Assembly (NCBI GenBank): GCA_965243025.1
Contig: CBDETY010000003.1
Span: 6,048,001-6,112,000 of the forward strand
Direction of reading: 5' to 3'
DNA from: Candidatus Latescibacterota bacterium
GTDB lineage: Bacteria > Latescibacterota > UBA2968 > UBA8231
DNA: 64,000 bases
The notes under the pieces are model-generated. The model was not told where the DNA came from. It did no database searches and was given only the letters and a program-made list of their open reading frames with translations. Shown piece by piece: positions 57,845-64,000 of the stretch. Within the stretch, counting starts at the first letter, position 1, and each line of letters starts with the position of its first letter. Both the position numbers and the translations under genes were made by a program.

Positions 57845-60784
57845 GTGGATGCCCGCCGCAGGCGGCGCCATAGGAGTTTGTGGGCAGTGACGCTCAAGAA
57901 GTCGTCTATCCGCAGGGGCTTCCTGTTCAGTGTGTGGTTGCTGAGCGTGGTCCTCCTCTGGCCCAGTGAGAGTGAGGCTCAGCTGGTATCGCGCCGATCC
58001 CTTCTGTCCCGGCAGGTGCCGGAGTATGAGAACTACGCGCTGCAGGGCTATCGGAGGACGGGGCGCCAGGAGTTCGAACGCACGACGACGCTGGTTTTCG
58101 ACGACTTCGGCAACCTGCTGATGGACGGGGTGGAGCTCTACCGGCTGTCCCAGTCGCACCCGGTGTTCGACGATCCGACGACGGAAGCCCGCGATCCGGG
58201 CAGCCTGCTTAGAAAGAGTCTGCTCTACCACGAATTTCTCGCCCGGCTGGTGCTGGCCAAGGACACCTACGTCGGCGCCAACCAGCGGCTCATCATAGGG
58301 GATCGGATTCGCACGCGTTTTTCATCGTTGACGATGGACATGGCGGCGTTGAACGGGATCCGCTGGGATTGGGATTTCGGTCGGCACGGCTTGTCCCTGG
58401 TGACCTCGCGGCTGGACAGGCCCATCTACGAGCTGGAGGCCATCTTTTCGTACGAAGACAACGTCCATTACGATTCGAGGGTAGAGGAGGTTCGGGGTCT
58501 GTCGCGGAGCTTGTTGGCGGCGTTTCTGCTGGGCGGCCACGGCCAGACGCGTATAGGGATGTTCGATGTGGGGGTTTCGTATCTGAATCAGTTCCGGGTG
58601 GACACCCAGGTTGGGCTGGCACAGAACAGCTTGAAGGGCACGCTTCCGGTTCACGATCCGGGAGGGATCGGGGTGGCGCGGCGTCCGTCGTTCATCGAAT
58701 ACCTGGTGGTCAAGATAGCGGATGAGACGGAGCGGGATGGGCAGGGGGCGCGGGTGTTCGATGTGCGCATGTTCATCAACGGGGTAGCCAGGGACGACAT
58801 TCGTCCTGTGATCACCCGCCACGATACGGAGGTGCTCGAGCAGAGCAACCTGGGGGCCAACGCCAACAATGACCGGCTTTTTCCCCGCGGCCGCACGATC
58901 CCTCCGTATGTGGAGTTCATCAAGAGTGAGACCGCGCCGGAGCCTTTTCTGCCGACGGAGACGGCGGGGGCGGATGGGCTGGAGGCCAGCGGCACGGAGT
59001 ATCTGTTGTATTGGTTCGCCATGCCCGAGGCGGGGGCGCGGGAGGTGCACTTCGAGGCGCTGGTGGCCAACGACTACGAGATCAGCGTGTCGGAGGTGTA
59101 TGTGGCCGGCCTCGTGAGCAAGGAGGCGAACCGGCCTCAGGATCGAAACCGGGCGACGTATTTCTACCGGGTTGCCGGATCGGAAGGGCGCGTTACGGAC
59201 ATGAGCAATCTGGGGTGGGTGGGGTTCGACTACGGGCGGCAGACGGGGGTCACCGTCGGCGGGATAAACCTTTCGACGGCGGTGTTGGGTTTCCAGTTGA
59301 GCGCCGAGTACGACCTGAGCTGGGACTTCAGGCAGTATTCCGACCTGGGGGGTCGCTACCACCAGCGCCGATCGGATGCGTACTACGTCAACGTGAAAAA
59401 GGACGTGGGGGGTAACGGATTTCTGGGAGGAGAGCTGTTCAATATATCCCCGCACTACACGACGACGCTCTCCATTCAGGATGGGAGTTTGGCGCTGTAT
59501 GGCGCCGTGCCCTTTTTCACCGAACTGGGCGGGACGGTCGACGAGACGCGCAACAACACCATGGAGTTGGATCTGGTGGATGACAACGACGATCGCGACG
59601 TCTTCCCGGAGAATCACTTCCTGCCGGCATTTACCGACCGCGACGGCGTGTTTCCCGGGCTGGACAGAGATCTGGACGGCCGTCCGGACATCAATCAGAA
59701 CAACAACAGTCTGCCGGACTACCTCGAGCCCTTCCTGCTCTACTATGTCGATCCGGACGATTTCGTCTACGGGGACGACATGAACAACAACGGGGTGATC
59801 GACCACCGCGAGGACGACGACAAGCCCGATTACCCCTACGACAGGGATTCACAAGGGTTTCACCTGTTTACCGGGGGTCGTTGGGACAACGGGCTGCAGC
59901 TGAGGCTGGGGATGCTCGACTTGCGCCAGGTCCTGGGTGGGGGGCGCAACTGGATGAGGTATGCCAAGGCGGAGTACACCAGGGACGAGCCGTCTTTGGG
60001 CAGGATCCAGGCGGTCAACTTTCTGAAGAGGGTCAAGGACACCATCCCCGACGAGCTGAATCGCTTTTCCCATGACGACACTTTCGGGCCGTTGGGACCG
60101 ATCACCCCGGTGGGTACCCGCGGGGTGAATCCCGCCGATCTGATCGGCATCGGTATCACGAGGTACCTGGACCGGCCCCTGCGCATGCGCAACAGCGTGG
60201 TGAATACGACGTTCGTGGAGGGCCGCTTGAGGTGGTTTCCGGGATTCAGCGTGCGCGCGAACGCGAAGCTGAATCTGAATTTCCAGCGGCGGACGGCGTT
60301 TCACGGGGCCAACCGGATTAAGGACTGGTCTTCGGTGATCGCCGCGGATTACGTGTGGGAGCGTGGGAACTGGACGGTCAGGCCCCAGCTGAAGTACATG
60401 GCCCGGAGGACGACGGACCGGGAAGCGGTGGTGCTGCCGGCTCACGAGCTGCACTACTATCCCATTCTGCGGCTCGACTACCGGCTGAGTCCGAATACGG
60501 TGGTGAAGCTCGGTGTGCAGGCGCCGGGTCGCTATCGGGACATTTTGAACGATTCGGCTGACTACGGATCGCAAGACTACCTGGCGATGGTGACCAACAC
60601 CTCCTCGTACAGCGGCTACGAAATGAGCTTCAACGCCGGCTATCAGCTCAAGCGCCGCCGGTTGGACGATCGCAGCCGCGCGATCGAGGACATAGACTAC
60701 TCACTTTTCTTCGTCCGCATGGTTGTCGGGCTGAGGGCCTCGGAGGGACGGAAGCCCGCGGTTGCCCGGAACGCAGGGACGTGA
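57845..60784 (+). CDS. Large predicted outer-membrane protein, paralog 2 (start may be GTG at 57887)
   Basis: FDDFGNLL, LVDDNDD, FPGLDRDLDG, PDYLEPFL, YPYDRD; C-terminal strand FFVRMVVG. Confidence 0.7.
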   Translation: MDARRRRRHRSLWAVTLKKSSIRRGFLFSVWLLSVVLLWPSESEAQLVSRRSLLSRQVPEYENYALQGYRRTGRQEFERTTTLVFDDFGNLLMDGVELYRLSQSHPVFDDPTTEARDPGSLLRKSLLYHEFLARLVLAKDTYVGANQRLIIGDRIRTRFSSLTMDMAALNGIRWDWDFGRHGLSLVTSRLDRPIYELEAIFSYEDNVHYDSRVEEVRGLSRSLLAAFLLGGHGQTRIGMFDVGVSYLNQFRVDTQVGLAQNSLKGTLPVHDPGGIGVARRPSFIEYLVVKIADETERDGQGARVFDVRMFINGVARDDIRPVITRHDTEVLEQSNLGANANNDRLFPRGRTIPPYVEFIKSETAPEPFLPTETAGADGLEASGTEYLLYWFAMPEAGAREVHFEALVANDYEISVSEVYVAGLVSKEANRPQDRNRATYFYRVAGSEGRVTDMSNLGWVGFDYGRQTGVTVGGINLSTAVLGFQLSAEYDLSWDFRQYSDLGGRYHQRRSDAYYVNVKKDVGGNGFLGGELFNISPHYTTTLSIQDGSLALYGAVPFFTELGGTVDETRNNTMELDLVDDNDDRDVFPENHFLPAFTDRDGVFPGLDRDLDGRPDINQNNNSLPDYLEPFLLYYVDPDDFVYGDDMNNNGVIDHREDDDKPDYPYDRDSQGFHLFTGGRWDNGLQLRLGMLDLRQVLGGGRNWMRYAKAEYTRDEPSLGRIQAVNFLKRVKDTIPDELNRFSHDDTFGPLGPITPVGTRGVNPADLIGIGITRYLDRPLRMRNSVVNTTFVEGRLRWFPGFSVRANAKLNLNFQRRTAFHGANRIKDWSSVIAADYVWERGNWTVRPQLKYMARRTTDREAVVLPAHELHYYPILRLDYRLSPNTVVKLGVQAPGRYRDILNDSADYGSQDYLAMVTNTSSYSGYEMSFNAGYQLKRRRLDDRSRAIEDIDYSLFFVRMVVGLRASEGRKPAVARNAGT

Positions 60785-60805
60785 TCCTGGTGATGACGGT
60801 TCAGG

Positions 60806-63800
60806 ATGCGCTGTATCGTGCGTAAAGACCCAGGATCGGAAGAGGCAGGGAGCCAGCGCGTCCGTCGAGGGGGGTGTGGGGCTCTCGCCCTCCATCTGCT
60901 GGCGATGACGGTCGCGGTAGGGGGGGAGGCCGGATCCGTTGAGGCGCAGGAGGAGGAGGTGTGGACGGCGGAGCGTCGGTGGAAGGAGACGCCGGCGGTG
61001 CCCCTGGTCGTGACTGATCGGATGTTCCTGGGCGACCCGGGGGAGGTGTACCGGAACTACGCCTTCACCGGGTATCGCAACTACGAATCGCTGTCGGGTG
61101 TGCCGCCGTGGTCAAACATCTACGATCCGCTCGGCAACTTTCTGATCAGCGGCCGGCAAGTGGCCACCTGGTACGCCGAACAATCCCGGACGGGTGACAT
61201 CCGCGGTGGAAACAGTCGTATCCAATCCAATCTCGCCAACTTTCACGGGGTCTTGTCCATGGGCGGGCAGAGCTACTCGGGATGGGCGAGCAATCTGATC
61301 TTTTCCCAGGCTGGCACCAGAGGTTTCTGGACCCATGGGATCATCACGCGGTTCACACCGCTGACGCTGAATCGAGTGTCGCTGCAGGGCGCTCGGGGGG
61401 ACATTCTGACCCCCTTCGGCGATGCCCTGAGCCTGATAGCCTCCTACCAGTACCTGGGCTATGCGGGCGGAAGAGGACTGCACGGAGGTGGCGACGATTC
61501 GGCGATCATCCTGGCCGGACACTATGAGCGCGAGACGGGGCCGTTGCGGTTGGGCGCCACCTTTGCCAACCTGCACTTCTTCGATGTACGCACTCCGATG
61601 ACCGACTTGAAGGGGGATCTGCACGCCACTCAGCCGATCCCGTCCCTCATTGCCGTGCGGATCTCGGACGATTCGCCGAGCGATGGACGGGGCGGTCCCG
61701 TCGTGTACGGGGTGCAGCTGGTGGTCAACGGTGAACCGCGCCCGGATATAGCTCCGGACGTGATACGCCGGGATCTGGACAACAGGTTCACGGTGGTGGG
61801 AACGACGACGCTTCAGGGGACTTTCCGGCCCAGCTTCTACTACGATCCCACCGCAGGGAGCAACCCGAACAACCCCTACTTCGAGATGGAAAAACCGCTG
61901 TATGCCGACTACCTGTTTCGGAAGGATCACGCGCAGAATCTCGCCGACGACGACCCGGACAATGATGAGGAGGTGGCCGAATCCGCCGACGTGGATCGGC
62001 TGGTGAGGTACATCAGCCTGGAAGACCCGAGGCAGGTTCAGCGCGCGGATGGGACCGAGGCCCTGGTGTACTACTTCAATCTGGAGGGGTTGACCCACGT
62101 GCGCTCGGTGGAGGTGGAGGCGTCGCTGGGTAATGACTACCGGATCGAGGTCGCCGACATCGGCGTGGTGAATGCGAGGGAAGGCACCCCCCATGACGAG
62201 CGCTACGAAGCGCCGTTCTACAAGACGGTGCGTCGTGCGGAAGGGAACGTGCAGGATCTGTCGAATATCGAGCGGATCCGGATACCGATCGGCAATGAGA
62301 CCGGGCAATCGGTGTGGGGTACGAACATGGCCCTGGACCTCCCAGGTCTGCGGGTGCGCGGGGAGTTTGCCGAGAGCATCAGGTACAGCCGCTACCGGGA
62401 CGGAGTGCCCGGGCAGGAGCTGCCTTCCATCCCGGGGAGCACCGACCCGGACCCTCCCCTCTACGAGGGCAACGGCGAACGTCACGACGAAGAGGACCGG
62501 GCCGCGTACGTTCAACTCGAGCGGGAGACGGCGGGCTACGGTTTCGGGGCAGAGCTGTTTTCCATCGGGCCCAGGTTCAACGAGCGATTGACGAAGCGGC
62601 CCGGCGATGTCGGGGGGCTTGGGGGAGGCCAGCCCTACGTGAGGAACAGGACGACCTTCTTCTCTCTTGTCGAGGACAATGACGATGGGGACGCCAACCC
62701 GGAGCTCAAGGTCCGCGGCGCCGCCCCCCGTGATCTGGCCGTGTTCCCCGGACAGGATGCGGACAACGACGGTATCCCGGATACCAACCGCAACCTGAAC
62801 GGGCTGCCGGATTATCTGGAGCCCTTCCTGCTTTATCAGGTGGATCCGGATGAATACGTGTACGGTCTGGATTTCAACAACAACGATGTCGTGGACGAGC
62901 GCGAGGACGACCGCAAGGAAGATTTTCCGTATGACCGGGATCTGCGGGGGGGGCATGCTTATGTCCGCTGGAAGCCATGGACAGGCGCAGAGGCCACGGG
63001 GGGCTGGCTGCAATCGCGTCAGATTGCCGGCGGAGGCCGCAACGACCAGCGCTACCTCCGGCTGCACTACAGCGGCGAGCGTCCCGGGGTGGGGGAATGG
63101 CTGATCGAGAACGAGCTGAAGCGGGTGTGGGACGATGTGCCGGATGACGTGTTCAGCTGGACCGCGGCGGCCGCGAACGTAGACCAGAGATTCCTCAGGA
63201 ACGATGAGGGGCGGTTCGCGTACTTCCCGACGTTCACCTTCGATCCGCTGCACTACCGCAACAGCCTGGCGAACCGGTTGTACGTATCGGGCACCCTGAG
63301 GTGGCTTCCGGGCTGGCGGATCCTCACCCGGATGAAACTGGAACACAACCGGCAGTATGGGGGTCGGCTCGGGGACGGTTCGGAGCAGGCCAGGGACCGG
63401 ATCCGTTCCCTGGCGTGGGTGCAGCAGGCCGACTACACGTGGCGCTGGGGAAAATTGACGCTGCAGCCGGCCCTGAAAGGACTCTGGCTGAAGCGGACCC
63501 GGCAGCAGGGAAAGCGGCCGTTGGACCACACCCACACGGTCGTCCCCCTGTTCAAGGCTCGCTATGAACTGTCTCCGGCGACCGAGGTGAAGGCGGGTCT
63601 CCAGGGGTTCCCGGGCTGGTGGTTCGAGGAAACCCACCTGGCCGATCCGCGCAACAGCTTCAAACGGCGGACGACGATGGTCTTCCTCTCCAACATCTCC
63701 GATTACTCGGGGTACAGGATTTCCACCAATCTGGGGTTCAAGCAGGACAGGCTGGAGTACGCGGACGAATTTCGTTTTCTCGAGAGCTTCGACACGACGG

Positions 63801-63850
63801 AAATCTTCGTGCGCCTGTTCATGGGGTATGGGCAGAACGTCCTCTATTAA
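60806..63850 (+). CDS. Large predicted outer-membrane protein, paralog 3
   Basis: YDPLGNFL, LVEDNDD, FPGQDADNDG, PDYLEPFL, FPYDRD; C-terminal strand IFVRLFMGY. Confidence 0.7.
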   Translation: MRCIVRKDPGSEEAGSQRVRRGGCGALALHLLAMTVAVGGEAGSVEAQEEEVWTAERRWKETPAVPLVVTDRMFLGDPGEVYRNYAFTGYRNYESLSGVPPWSNIYDPLGNFLISGRQVATWYAEQSRTGDIRGGNSRIQSNLANFHGVLSMGGQSYSGWASNLIFSQAGTRGFWTHGIITRFTPLTLNRVSLQGARGDILTPFGDALSLIASYQYLGYAGGRGLHGGGDDSAIILAGHYERETGPLRLGATFANLHFFDVRTPMTDLKGDLHATQPIPSLIAVRISDDSPSDGRGGPVVYGVQLVVNGEPRPDIAPDVIRRDLDNRFTVVGTTTLQGTFRPSFYYDPTAGSNPNNPYFEMEKPLYADYLFRKDHAQNLADDDPDNDEEVAESADVDRLVRYISLEDPRQVQRADGTEALVYYFNLEGLTHVRSVEVEASLGNDYRIEVADIGVVNAREGTPHDERYEAPFYKTVRRAEGNVQDLSNIERIRIPIGNETGQSVWGTNMALDLPGLRVRGEFAESIRYSRYRDGVPGQELPSIPGSTDPDPPLYEGNGERHDEEDRAAYVQLERETAGYGFGAELFSIGPRFNERLTKRPGDVGGLGGGQPYVRNRTTFFSLVEDNDDGDANPELKVRGAAPRDLAVFPGQDADNDGIPDTNRNLNGLPDYLEPFLLYQVDPDEYVYGLDFNNNDVVDEREDDRKEDFPYDRDLRGGHAYVRWKPWTGAEATGGWLQSRQIAGGGRNDQRYLRLHYSGERPGVGEWLIENELKRVWDDVPDDVFSWTAAAANVDQRFLRNDEGRFAYFPTFTFDPLHYRNSLANRLYVSGTLRWLPGWRILTRMKLEHNRQYGGRLGDGSEQARDRIRSLAWVQQADYTWRWGKLTLQPALKGLWLKRTRQQGKRPLDHTHTVVPLFKARYELSPATEVKAGLQGFPGWWFEETHLADPRNSFKRRTTMVFLSNISDYSGYRISTNLGFKQDRLEYADEFRFLESFDTTEIFVRLFMGYGQNVLY

Positions 63851-63901
63851 CCGAGGGAAATGGTTGCGAGCATTCATGACGACGGCGGGGAGCGCGCAGG
63901 C

Positions 63902-64000
63902 GTGGCAAAAGGCGATCTGATTTCTTCTGAAAAGCGGGAGTTCCCGGACCCGGCGACGGACGTACGCGTCGTCCAGCTCACGGACCAGCCGTGTGCCAAC
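63902..64000 (+). CDS. Start of an oligogalacturonate lyase-like beta-propeller protein (partial)
   Basis: GTG start; MAKGDLISSEKREFPDPATDVRVVQLTD resembles the Ogl N-terminus MAKG...DPxTxxxVxxLT. Confidence 0.55.
   Translation, partial: MAKGDLISSEKREFPDPATDVRVVQLTDQPCAN

Noticed and set aside
1-64000. tRNA, rRNA, prophage or integrase genes
   Set aside because: No recognisable motifs seen.

Overview
GC-rich bacterial chromosomal segment. Its gene content resembles FCB-group candidate lineages such as Latescibacterota or Poribacteria-like sponge symbionts (inference from gene families, not measured). In order it contains: a dockerin-like protein; a decayed IS21 element (675-3191); a PorU/C25-like protein with Ser at the expected catalytic Cys; an IS1595 transposase set within degenerate ~390-bp non-coding repeats; a long catabolic region (4 PhyH-family Fe/2OG enzymes, 4 paralogous Asp-box beta-propeller hydrolases, a sialidase-like protein, 2 enolase-superfamily dehydratases, 2 sugar isomerase/epimerases); a LuxR-type regulator with a triple palindromic operator ahead of a Cys-rich secreted peptide; a 6.5-kb transposase-less element (27850-34325) bounded by ~230-bp imperfect inverted repeats and carrying an Mrr fragment, an SNF2 helicase, an actin/Hsp70-fold ATPase and an unknown gene; a UPF0182 + M28/FtsX fusion pair; and an envelope locus (exbD-exbD, lipoprotein, two proteins with T9SS-like C-terminal domains, three tandem paralogous ~1000-aa predicted outer-membrane proteins). 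The best candidates for undescribed systems are the long-inverted-repeat cargo element with its shared structured arm motif, and the triple outer-membrane-protein locus. No rRNA, tRNA or CRISPR array was recognised.
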